64,000 bases of DNA from an uncultured Eubacteriales bacterium (GTDB taxonomy: Bacteria; Bacillota; Clostridia; Oscillospirales; CAG-272). The first letter of the stretch is position 1. Every line of letters starts with the position of its first letter. Position numbers and translations under genes: made by a program. The notes under the pieces were generated by a model that was given only the letters and a program-made list of their open reading frames with translations, was not told the origin of the DNA and did no database searches. Location: contig CAJLCI010000005.1 in assembly GCA_905205065.1 (NCBI GenBank), forward strand, positions 1,813-65,812. The letters are read 5' to 3'. Positions 1 to 7,425 of this stretch are shown piece by piece.

Positions 1-1
1 C

Positions 2-490
2 AATATAACAGATGTAAAACAGATTCTTCAATTTGCAATAGATGCGGAGATTAAAGTCTTTCTTGATGGTGGCTGGGGTGTAGATGCTCTTCTTGGATAT
101 CAGTCAAGAGCCCATAATGATATTGACATTTTTGTAGAAAAGAACGATTATCAGAACTTTATAGAAATAATGAAAGCTAATGGCTTTTATGAGATTAAGA
201 TGGAATATACAACATTGAACCATACTGTATGGGAAGATTTGAAAAACAGAATTATTGATTTGCATTGTTTTGAATATACGGACGAAGGTGAAATTCTTTA
301 TGATGGGGATTGTTTTCCGGTAGAAACTTTTTCGGGTAAAGGAAGAATTGAGGAAATAGAGGTTTCCTGTATTGAACCATATAGTCAAGTAATGTTCCAT
401 CTGGGATACGAGTTTGATGAAAATGATGCACATGATGTGAAGTTATTGTGTGAGACACTTCATATCGAAATTCCAAATGAGTATAGATAA
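2..490 (+). CDS. lnu: Lnu-family (LinA/Lnu(C)/ANT(2'')-like) lincosamide nucleotidyltransferase; 5' end clipped by the window edge (only a few codons missing)
   Basis: Frame 2 is open from nt 2 to TAA 488-490; the ORF track lists it only from the internal Met at 170. The translation NITDVKQILQFAIDAEIKVFLDGGWGVDALLGYQSRAHNDIDIFV... carries the DGGWGVD and HxDIDI nucleotidyltransferase signatures. The ~163-aa size is typical of Lnu enzymes. Confidence 0.8.
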   Translation, partial: NITDVKQILQFAIDAEIKVFLDGGWGVDALLGYQSRAHNDIDIFVEKNDYQNFIEIMKANGFYEIKMEYTTLNHTVWEDLKNRIIDLHCFEYTDEGEILYDGDCFPVETFSGKGRIEEIEVSCIEPYSQVMFHLGYEFDENDAHDVKLLCETLHIEIPNEYR

Positions 491-508
491 CTGCAAATAA
501 CAGTTTGT

Positions 509-530
509 AGGGGAGTTCTGATACTCCCCT
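509..530. terminator. Perfect 8-bp hairpin between convergent lnu and hydrolase genes (possible bidirectional terminator or cassette end)
   Basis: AGGGGAGT-tctgat-ACTCCCCT. Flanks are A/T-rich but neither strand has a long U tract. Confidence 0.35.
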
Positions 531-540
531 ATAAAAATGG

Positions 541-1194
541 CTATTTATCAACTGTTTGTTGTGACATAGCCATAAATAAAATGTTTCCCTGGATGTTCTC
601 CACATGAATGGCTGTATCCTCATCAAAATGTTTCAGCGGTTCTTCGTAGATGTAGGATAATTCGAACTGCTGATGGAGGATGAGGTTCCGGATTGCCGGC
701 CCATATTTCAGATGCGCTGTCATACACGGAAAATCTTTTCCCCTGTATGTGAATTCGGAGGCAGATGAAAAAGTTTTCGATGCCATGCTTTTATTCCCGT
801 ACATGCCTCCCCATATACAGTGCATCGGGGAGAGGGCAACAACGCCGCAGATATCCGGCATAAGGGAAGCGCAAAGCAGCGCCAGTTCAGCGCCTTTTGA
901 AATGCCGTACATGATAATCTTCTCATGTCCCTTGTTTTTCAGCCACAGGATTGCTTTTTCAAATGGATCGACAGGCACCCGAACCAATTCTTTCGGCAGC
1001 CCGTCTACGTTCCAGTAACAAATGCCTAACGCGGCGATGCCGCACCTGGCAAACATAGCGCCCACATTCATCGGGATATTTTCATTCCCTTCGCTGCCGC
1101 CTACTACGATGACGACCTTTTTGGGATCATGATCCTTAACAGGGACATGATAAAGTCCATAGAATCCCTCCTGTGCAACCGTCACATATTCCAC
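541..1194 (-). CDS. alpha/beta hydrolase, BAAT/acyl-CoA thioesterase C-terminal-domain-like; appears 3'-truncated
   Basis: GxSxG nucleophile elbow GISKGAELAL follows VVIVVGGSEG. The ORF stops shortly after the strand IQGNILFMA, before the Asp/His of the catalytic triad expected in this family. The stop abuts the hairpin and lnu 3' end. Confidence 0.55.
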   Translation of the reverse strand: MEYVTVAQEGFYGLYHVPVKDHDPKKVVIVVGGSEGNENIPMNVGAMFARCGIAALGICYWNVDGLPKELVRVPVDPFEKAILWLKNKGHEKIIMYGISKGAELALLCASLMPDICGVVALSPMHCIWGGMYGNKSMASKTFSSASEFTYRGKDFPCMTAHLKYGPAIRNLILHQQFELSYIYEEPLKHFDEDTAIHVENIQGNILFMAMSQQTVDK

Positions 1195-1892
1195 TTTCCC
1201 AACTCTCCCTGTTTTTGCAGCTTGGATTGCTGTCCGTATTTTCTTTCTTTATCCCATTTAGAGTCCTTTTTGCAAACATAGAAATCACACTTTTCTGCGC
1301 CATCTGCAAGTGTACCTGTCCTGTATAACACGCCGCCCATGAGATCAGCAGAAATAAAATCCATGGCACACATATAGGGTATCAGTTCTTCCAAATGCTC
1401 CTGTTTTCCAAGCGCACACAGGCCGCACCTGTGATAGTTGATGGTGTATTCGTCTGCATCCCTTCCGGGAATCGTCTCCGTCATCCAGTTGAATTCGCTG
1501 TCGGATATGGCATTTGCAATTCTGTCCTTCTTGACTTTCTTTTTTTGATATTCCATATCAAATGGATTTTTACTCCCGAAAGCTTTTTTAATGAGCGACG
1601 CCTGCATCGTGGCTGTCACCATTTCCCCGAACTGCTCATGGCTCATCGCCCCATCCATTGCCTTATAAACTGCCATCCAGACAATTCCGCCGGAAAGACA
1701 GATTCGCAGAGGATTTTTCGTAAAACCGCCTATGTCGGGTGTCCTCGCCAACATATCTTTAAAGTTTTTACGCGATTTCTTCTTCACCCTGAATGTATCC
1801 GTATTTTTGCAATTGGCTGCGATATATTTGAAAATAGCAGGTGTCATCGCTGACCACATCAGTTTTTCACAGATGGTGTTTTTCATATTCAT
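1182..1892 (-). CDS. L-2-amino-thiazoline-4-carboxylate (ATC) hydrolase-like family protein
   Basis: 236-aa ORF overlapping both neighbours (13 and 26 nt), which suggests an operon. The Cys-rich C-terminal half (YHRCGLCALGK...YMCAMDF...KCDFYVCKK) resembles the ATC-hydrolase family. This is recognition from memory, not a search. Confidence 0.4.
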   Translation of the reverse strand: MNMKNTICEKLMWSAMTPAIFKYIAANCKNTDTFRVKKKSRKNFKDMLARTPDIGGFTKNPLRICLSGGIVWMAVYKAMDGAMSHEQFGEMVTATMQASLIKKAFGSKNPFDMEYQKKKVKKDRIANAISDSEFNWMTETIPGRDADEYTINYHRCGLCALGKQEHLEELIPYMCAMDFISADLMGGVLYRTGTLADGAEKCDFYVCKKDSKWDKERKYGQQSKLQKQGELGKWNM

Positions 1893-2520
1893 GCTCCTTC
1901 AAAACGTACTCATAAACGAGGGACTGATTGCCGGAGCCATCCTGAAAGGGCTTCTCTGCCACTTTCTTAAATCCACGTTTTTCATAAAACTCCCACGATG
2001 CAAGAGTGTTCGTAAAAAGCCGCACACGATCTGCTCCATCAGCTTTTGCCCGATTCAAAAATTGTGTGACCAATGCGGTTCCCAGCCCCTTTCTGTAATT
2101 CCTTCTGGACGAAAGGGCAACGAGTTCCAGATCACATTTCCCAAAGGTTTCCTTAGCCCTTTCCCGTAGCTGGCGGAAAAAAGCATCAAACTGCTTCTGG
2201 AATGGCGCTGACATTTTATATCTTTTCAGATAGAACTTGAGGAACATTTTACACCAACAGCCATAGTGCTTTTTTGCTTCATATCGAGCTGCCAGATCCT
2301 TGCTGAAATGTTTATCATATTTTCCGCAGATAAATCCTACGACCTGATGATCCTCCGTTTCCGCAACATAGGTAAAATTACATTTTTCAATCAGAACCTG
2401 TGCGTAATCACGTAATAGTATTTTATCGTTCTGATCCACAGGGCATGAAAAAAATCCTTCGTAAAAGCAATCCCCGCAGGCCGCAGCATCTTCTTCCTTA
2501 TATGGACTAACAGTAAACAT
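1867..2520 (-). CDS. GNAT-family N-acetyltransferase
   Basis: Acetyl-CoA binding motif A RRNYRKGLGTALV; C-terminal WEFYEKRGFKKV typical of GNAT beta-bulge/helix region. Confidence 0.8.
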   Translation of the reverse strand: MFTVSPYKEEDAAACGDCFYEGFFSCPVDQNDKILLRDYAQVLIEKCNFTYVAETEDHQVVGFICGKYDKHFSKDLAARYEAKKHYGCWCKMFLKFYLKRYKMSAPFQKQFDAFFRQLRERAKETFGKCDLELVALSSRRNYRKGLGTALVTQFLNRAKADGADRVRLFTNTLASWEFYEKRGFKKVAEKPFQDGSGNQSLVYEYVLKEHEYEKHHL

Positions 2521-2566
2521 GGGTATATCCTCCTATGCGCAAATAGGTTAGATATTACTAACTAAT

Positions 2567-2595
2567 ATTATATCAGAAGATATATGGGACTGCAA
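2567..2595 (-). promoter_or_regulatory. sigma-A-type promoter for the GNAT operon
   Basis: Minus strand reads TTGCAG - 17 nt - TATAAT, ~45 nt upstream of the GNAT ATG, which is preceded by AGGAGG. Confidence 0.45.
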
Positions 2596-2667
2596 TTCCT
2601 TTTTTACCTGTTAATCATTTGATAGTGACAAGACGGATCATGAGAATCCTCCTTCCGTTTTAGAGTA

Positions 2668-2703
2668 AAGAAAAAGCAGGAGACCTCGTAAGAGATTTCC
2701 TGC
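2668..2703 (-). terminator. Rho-independent terminator of the TIR gene
   Basis: Minus strand reads GCAGGAAAUCUC-uuac-GAGGUCUCCUGC (12-bp stem with one mismatch and one G-U) followed by UUUUUCUUU. A (TA)n-rich run at 2722-2741 lies between the stop codon and the hairpin. Confidence 0.7.
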
Positions 2704-2751
2704 CGGGATACTATATTCCCTTATATATATTATATATATAATAGGCTGATA

Positions 2752-3777
2752 CTAGTTTTGAGCCTTCAATCGTTTAATCAGTTGTCGAGCAAAGAGTAAA
2801 GCAATTTCATCACAAGAATATGCTTTAGAATCTATAGCTTGAATATCTGCAACCGAGGGATACTTCTTCCTTAAATCTTCGTTAGTAATATTGTGAACAA
2901 TCGGCAATATCAATTTCTGTCCATTTCTATTTTGCCTATTCAGGAATTCATTCAGTTCCTTTTCTGTCCATTCACGGTCAAAGAAATTTTCAGAAATTAC
3001 AATAATAGCAAATTCAGCTTTTTTCGTTCCATCTAAAATACGGTCTTTCCATTTATCTCCCCATTCAAGAGATTTTTTATCATAAAATATTTTCACGCCA
3101 AGTTTTTCAAGAGAATCATTCAACTCATCTACGAGATCAGCTTTGTCCTTGTTGGCATGAGAAAGAAAAACATCATATTCTGGAAGCATATTGGCTTGGT
3201 ATACTGGAACCGTTGTTTTTTCGATACCATTCATTTTATCAATAAATTCCTGATCCTTACTAATACTTTTAAGACACGATACAAGTTGCCTATATGCGCC
3301 TAAGTTACGATGAAATAAAATAGTTTTAATTCTTGAACCAAGAGCATGTTCTTTCAAATATTTGTTATAAAAAATTTCAAAATCATTTATCCAATCCTCA
3401 CTTGGCTGATTATACTTATGTAAATCAAAATCCCCCGCTGCTGCATTAGCCGGAGGTTGAATGCTTTCTGTTCTTTTTAATAAATCATGTAGTTCCTTTT
3501 CAAATTGCGACATGCCTAATCTTCTTTCTTGCTCTTTCTTTTCCTCATACAAATAACCATCTTTAAGGATTTGTATTTGATAAGGATAGTTATCTCCCCA
3601 TTGAACATGTATCAAACCAGATTCTCTTAATTCCTTAAAACAGCCTCTGAGAATCGTATCATCTCGATTACTTAAATTTTCAAATCTATTTTTCCAATAA
3701 TCCGATACTTTCTCATTATCTACTATCTCTTTCAACACACTTTCTGCCTCATCGGAAATAACAATTCTATTCTCCAT
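2752..3777 (-). CDS. TIR-domain protein with ~200-aa N-terminal domain of unknown function (candidate stand-alone defence gene)
   Basis: The C-terminal ~140 aa is a TIR domain: YDVFLSHANKDKADLV... IIVISENFFDREWTEKEL, with the conserved Glu. The start is moved to the second ATG at 3777 (GGAG 6 nt upstream); the track start is 3783. The gene is visibly more AT-rich than the ICE backbone. Confidence 0.85.
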   Translation of the reverse strand: MENRIVISDEAESVLKEIVDNEKVSDYWKNRFENLSNRDDTILRGCFKELRESGLIHVQWGDNYPYQIQILKDGYLYEEKKEQERRLGMSQFEKELHDLLKRTESIQPPANAAAGDFDLHKYNQPSEDWINDFEIFYNKYLKEHALGSRIKTILFHRNLGAYRQLVSCLKSISKDQEFIDKMNGIEKTTVPVYQANMLPEYDVFLSHANKDKADLVDELNDSLEKLGVKIFYDKKSLEWGDKWKDRILDGTKKAEFAIIVISENFFDREWTEKELNEFLNRQNRNGQKLILPIVHNITNEDLRKKYPSVADIQAIDSKAYSCDEIALLFARQLIKRLKAQN

Positions 3778-3832
3778 ATGCATCTCCTTCTACATATTTT
3801 TCTCATTCTCTTTTCCAAACAACTTGAAAATT

Positions 3833-3861
3833 ATTATATCATACTGTACGTTAAATTGTAA
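3833..3861 (-). promoter_or_regulatory. sigma-A-type promoter of the TIR gene
   Basis: Minus strand reads TTACAA - 17 nt - TATAAT, ~55 nt upstream of the ATG. Confidence 0.45.
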
Positions 3862-3876
3862 TCTACTTTATCCATT

Positions 3877-4314
3877 TCACTCGTCTTCCTCCCATCCCTT
3901 CTGCCAGCTCACCGCATCATCAAAAGAGAAGGAGCCATTCAGCCTTTTGACCTCCTTGACACATTCTCCCCGCAAGCGTTCCAGTGACACCGGATCGATG
4001 TTGTTATTCGCCGCGACCACATTCATCATCACCGCCAGCTCCACAGCCAGCTTGAAGATCATCCGGTTCTGCCGGTGATCGCTCTCCGCCACAATGCTTT
4101 TCAGTGTGGATGTGACGATATTGGGGAGATAGATTTTGTTGTCCTCTGCGGAAAGATATCCCGCATAAAAAATGACAGCCTTTTCAATGAACTCGCTCTT
4201 ACTGTCGCAGTTGTCTTTTTTATAGAGAGTGTCCGCCAACTCCAGGGTGGATGGCCTGATCCAGAGCTGGAAGCGGCGTTTGATTTCTTTCTTTTTTGCC
4301 TCTGTATCCTGCAT
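3877..4314 (-). CDS. Ribbon-helix-helix (CopG/MobC-like) DNA-binding protein of the ICE
   Basis: The N-terminus KRRFQLWIRPSTLELADTLYKK..SKSEFIEKAVIFYAGYL fits a strand-helix-helix pattern. AGGAGG RBS present. The gene lies immediately downstream of the structured intergenic region. Confidence 0.55.
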   Translation of the reverse strand: MQDTEAKKKEIKRRFQLWIRPSTLELADTLYKKDNCDSKSEFIEKAVIFYAGYLSAEDNKIYLPNIVTSTLKSIVAESDHRQNRMIFKLAVELAVMMNVVAANNNIDPVSLERLRGECVKEVKRLNGSFSFDDAVSWQKGWEEDE

Positions 4315-4717
4315 GTCTGAAATCCTCCTTCTTATTCATAGGAACCTGCCAAAGCACCGTAACATTCCTTGAAACCTCTGGTTCTCAGGGAATGGAAGCA
4401 CCTGACCAGGAACCTTTTTCCCAAATCCGGCACCGTAATGCTATTTCTTTCGAAATCGGCGGAATGCCTTGAAGTGGCCGGCTCTGCCGGACACAGTGAG
4501 CTGGGGCGGGGCCGCCATGCGGCACCGCCCCTTTCTCCTGCTTGATTTTCGACCCTGTATCCGCACGGGGAACCGTTGCTTTTCCATGGGCGGAGCCTGC
4601 CTTCACACGGGGCGCAAACGTCTCGTAAACCAGCGGGGAGGGATAACTTCCTCGACCTCGCCCACAAAATCGCAACACGGGGTCGACAGGCGGCTCACAG
4701 GGGTGTTCCTTTTCGCA
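4315..4717 (-). promoter_or_regulatory. GC-rich structured non-coding region: candidate oriT / ssDNA-active element or ncRNA
   Basis: ~400 nt with no credible ORF. There are four direct copies of CAC(A)GGGG on the plus strand (4564-4570, 4606-4612, 4676-4682, 4696-4703). A very stable hairpin sits at 4503-4531 (GGGGCGG-g-GCCGC-cat-GCGGC-a-CCGCCCC). A second hairpin sits at 4474-4494 (GTGGCCGGC-tct-GCCGGaCAC). Confidence 0.35.
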
Positions 4718-5401
4718 TCACATCTCCTGAACCGGCGGCGTTGTTTCTTCTGCCTGTTCGGGAGAATGCCAGTCAATCTCACGATCCCGCAATGCTTCTT
4801 CGAAGATCAGCTCTTTTGCTGCTATTGGGATTGTAGATTTGCGCTCAGCACGGTAGACCGCAGTAGAAACATCTTTCAGACGATAAGCCCGCCACTCCGG
4901 ATCGCCCTGCTCTTTTACGCTGATCGTTCCATCGTCAAAATCAAATTCCAGGAGCGCGGTAATTCGATCATCATGCTCCATAGCGGTGCATAAGACAGAG
5001 AAGGTCAGGTCATCAATAGGCTGATGTTCTCCAAAAGAAAGCGCCAGACTGTCCAAGGTCAGCCTGCCCTCATTCTCCCGCATAAAATTCCGATAGAGAT
5101 AAGCCGCACTGTAGAAGTTGTTTCGCAGGTCGGAAGTGAAATGAAAATCATCCCCGTCCTCATGGAAATGGATCACAGCAAATCGTCTGGCAGCTTCAGC
5201 CTCACGTTGTGCTTTCGCTTCTTCCTGACAGATCAGTGTTTCGATTTCCTCACGCTTTTCTTCCGGGACGAGAGACGCATAGGTTTCTTCAAAACATTTC
5301 CGCAGCACACCTTCGATGGTACGCCCCTGATCAGTCAGGATCTCGTCCAGAGCAGCGAGCCGATACTCGTTAAAATATACGGTAACATCGATATCATTCA
5401 T
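4718..5401 (-). CDS. hypothetical ICE protein (acidic, no recognisable motif)
   Basis: 227-aa ORF, 24 nt downstream of the methyltransferase stop; same strand and composition as the backbone. Confidence 0.6.
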   Translation of the reverse strand: MNDIDVTVYFNEYRLAALDEILTDQGRTIEGVLRKCFEETYASLVPEEKREEIETLICQEEAKAQREAEAARRFAVIHFHEDGDDFHFTSDLRNNFYSAAYLYRNFMRENEGRLTLDSLALSFGEHQPIDDLTFSVLCTAMEHDDRITALLEFDFDDGTISVKEQGDPEWRAYRLKDVSTAVYRAERKSTIPIAAKELIFEEALRDREIDWHSPEQAEETTPPVQEM

Positions 5402-5424
5402 TGGTTATGCCTCCAATCTTCGAT

Positions 5425-7106
5425 TCAGTTTTTCTGTTTCTCTGCAAACTCTTTCTCCATAATCAGAACAATCCCACGCAGAACAAAAGTAACACACGGG
5501 ATTGCCACACTATTGCCCAGGGCTTTATACCTTGGCGAGTCAGATGCCCCATCGATCAAAGTCCAGCCATCCGGGAAACCCTGCAGCCGCTCACACTCCA
5601 GAGGAGTGAGACGGCGGATCAGATTTCTGTTTACCTCAGGCTGGCAGATTAGGTCAGTTGCATCTTTATATTGTCTGGCGCTTTCTGTGCCAGCGACTTT
5701 GCTTTCCTGGAATTCATCCACTCGCTGGCGGCTATAGACTGCATGCCGGTCTGTTGTATTCAGGGTGTAACTGATATCTTCCTGATAGCCAAACCCATTC
5801 CCGCCATTTTTACTCTGCCGGTCAATGATATTCCCGGCAATACAATAGCTGTCCGGTTCCTCCGCAATCAGAGGAAGATTATTGCCACCTGTGCCGCTTC
5901 TGGCTGACAGTGTCGGGGATACCGGCAGCGGTCCGGTATAACGTCCATCGATCCCGTGGTTTTCAAATAGTACCAGGGATTGCGTATTGCCTCCCATCCC
6001 GTAGGATGCAGTTACCGCCTGTGCTTTTTCAACGGGGCCGGTGAATCGGAGATCCTGCCCATGGTTATCAAAAACCAGCGGAGGATGACCGGACATCTGC
6101 GCCCGAAGTGTTCCTGCCACATCTACACTGCAGTCCATCACCTGGCCGCCCTGATCGTTCAGGCAGAGAGTCGGCTCTTTCTGCTGGTCAGGGAATCCGG
6201 CGATAAAGGTCTGCATCTGCATATTTCTTGTTGCCATCAATGCGCCGGAAACATGGCCCAGGTTAATCGTTTCCTCTCTTTGATTAATATGGAAAGCCAT
6301 GAATCCTTCCTGACCTATTTGATCCCCGCCTGGATCTCCAGTGCTTTTTTGAGTATCTCCGGAAGCTCCTTGCCCCGTTCTGCTGATCTCCGCAGAATAC
6401 CCAGGCAGGCTTTCCTGCTTAAATAATATTTCCGGGGCGGATGTTCCTCCAAAATCTGCGACAAGAAAGATTCTCTTACGTCTCTGGGGGACTCCCCAGT
6501 ATTGAGCGTCCAGGACTCTCCAAGCGACAGAGAATCCACTTCCCAATATGGCCCCAGCAGATTTCCACCTCCCGGCCGGAGGTCGAGGAACAGATATGGT
6601 ATGGTCGGCGATCCTGCAGATTTCCTCCAGGACCGCTCTGAAATCTTCTCCGTTTGAAGATGAGAATGCTCCGGGGACGTTTTCCCACACCATGAATCGG
6701 GGAACAATTCCGCAAGGGTTAACTGTTTCATTTCCTCGTTGTCTTTTTGCATCTGTCTTTCTCATCTCCTTTACGATCCGGATCTGCTCCATAAATAGTC
6801 CGGAACGCTCCCCGGACAAGCCTGCGCGCTTTCCCGCGATGCTCAGATCCTGACAGGGTGATCCGCCCGTAATGATATCTACAGCCGGAAGTTCCGCCCC
6901 TTTTAATTTCGTAATATCGCCCACATGGAGCATCTCCGGGAACCGCTGCCTGGTCACCTGGATCGGAAAAGGTTCTATTTCACTGGCCCATATCGGAAGG
7001 ATTCCGTTCCGGACAGCAGATAAAGGAAAACCGCCAATCCCATCGAACAGGCTCCCAAGCCGCAGTCTGATTCCCGTTGATTTTCCTATTACAGAACTTT
7101 TCGCAT
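5425..7106 (-). CDS. DNA (cytosine-5)-methyltransferase with several tandem TRD-like modules; 5' end disrupted by an apparent 1-nt frameshift
   Basis: Motifs present: IV GGSPCQDLS, VI ENVPG, VIII QRRKRIFLV, IX/X TPLECERLQGFPDGWT..YKALGNSVAIPCV. Motif I (LGSLFDGIGGF, ~7027-7059) lies upstream of the track start (GTG 6957) in the same frame. That frame has no ATG/GTG/TTG back to the stop at 7108-7110. An ATG at 7106 with a GAGGTG RBS is in the other frame and stops after 5 codons. The two frames meet at an A4 tract (7098-7101). Confidence 0.85.
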
Positions 7107-7153
7107 GTCAATCACCTCACGATTCGTTATTCATTGGTCTTTCAGATGCGTTG

Positions 7154-7414
7154 TTAAGGATTCCCTCCCGCAGCTGTCGGTGTCTGTTCTTTTTTCTCCG
7201 GTCTGGGCCGCCTTACTCTGGGCGCAGGATCTGCTGGTTCGCTGGAGCGCATCTCAATAAAATCCCGCACATTGGACGGGACATGTTTGCCATAGAATCC
7301 TTCCATGGCTTTGGTTAGCTCATCTTCAAGCTGCAGATCTTTCTGCTCCATGTAGAGCCGGAGCGCAGTCAGCTTTTCTTCATCAAAAGAAATTGTTACA
7401 TTGGTTTTCTTCAT
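7154..7414 (-). CDS. hypothetical small ICE protein (Pro/Arg-rich tail)
   Basis: AGGAGG lies 5 nt upstream of ATG 7414. The track start at 7429 is a GTG overlapping the upstream stop. Confidence 0.55.
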   Translation of the reverse strand: MKKTNVTISFDEEKLTALRLYMEQKDLQLEDELTKAMEGFYGKHVPSNVRDFIEMRSSEPADPAPRVRRPRPEKKEQTPTAAGGNP

Positions 7415-7425
7415 AGGTTCCTCCT

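Noticed and set aside
2722-2741. (TA)n-rich run TATATATATTATATATATAA just downstream of the TIR stop, considered as an att site or inverted-repeat end of the cargo cassette
   Set aside because: It is a low-complexity sequence with no matching partner copy elsewhere in the window, so it cannot be distinguished from ordinary AT-rich spacer.
2752-3783. Classifying the TIR gene as Thoeris ThsB (or as a CBASS, Pycsar, SPARTA or retron effector)
   Set aside because: No ThsA-like (SIR2/SLOG/Macro), cyclase, Argonaute or reverse-transcriptase gene lies within several kb on either side. The protein also carries a large extra N-terminal domain. It is therefore kept as an unclassified stand-alone candidate.
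4332-4993. ORFs of 86-174 aa inside or overlapping the GC-rich intergenic region (4332-4667, 4385-4678, 4469-4993, 4576-4836)
   Set aside because: They have Arg/Pro/Gly-rich junk-like composition, no Shine-Dalgarno sequence, mutual overlap in several frames, and overlap with the 4718-5401 gene. The region is better explained as structured non-coding DNA.
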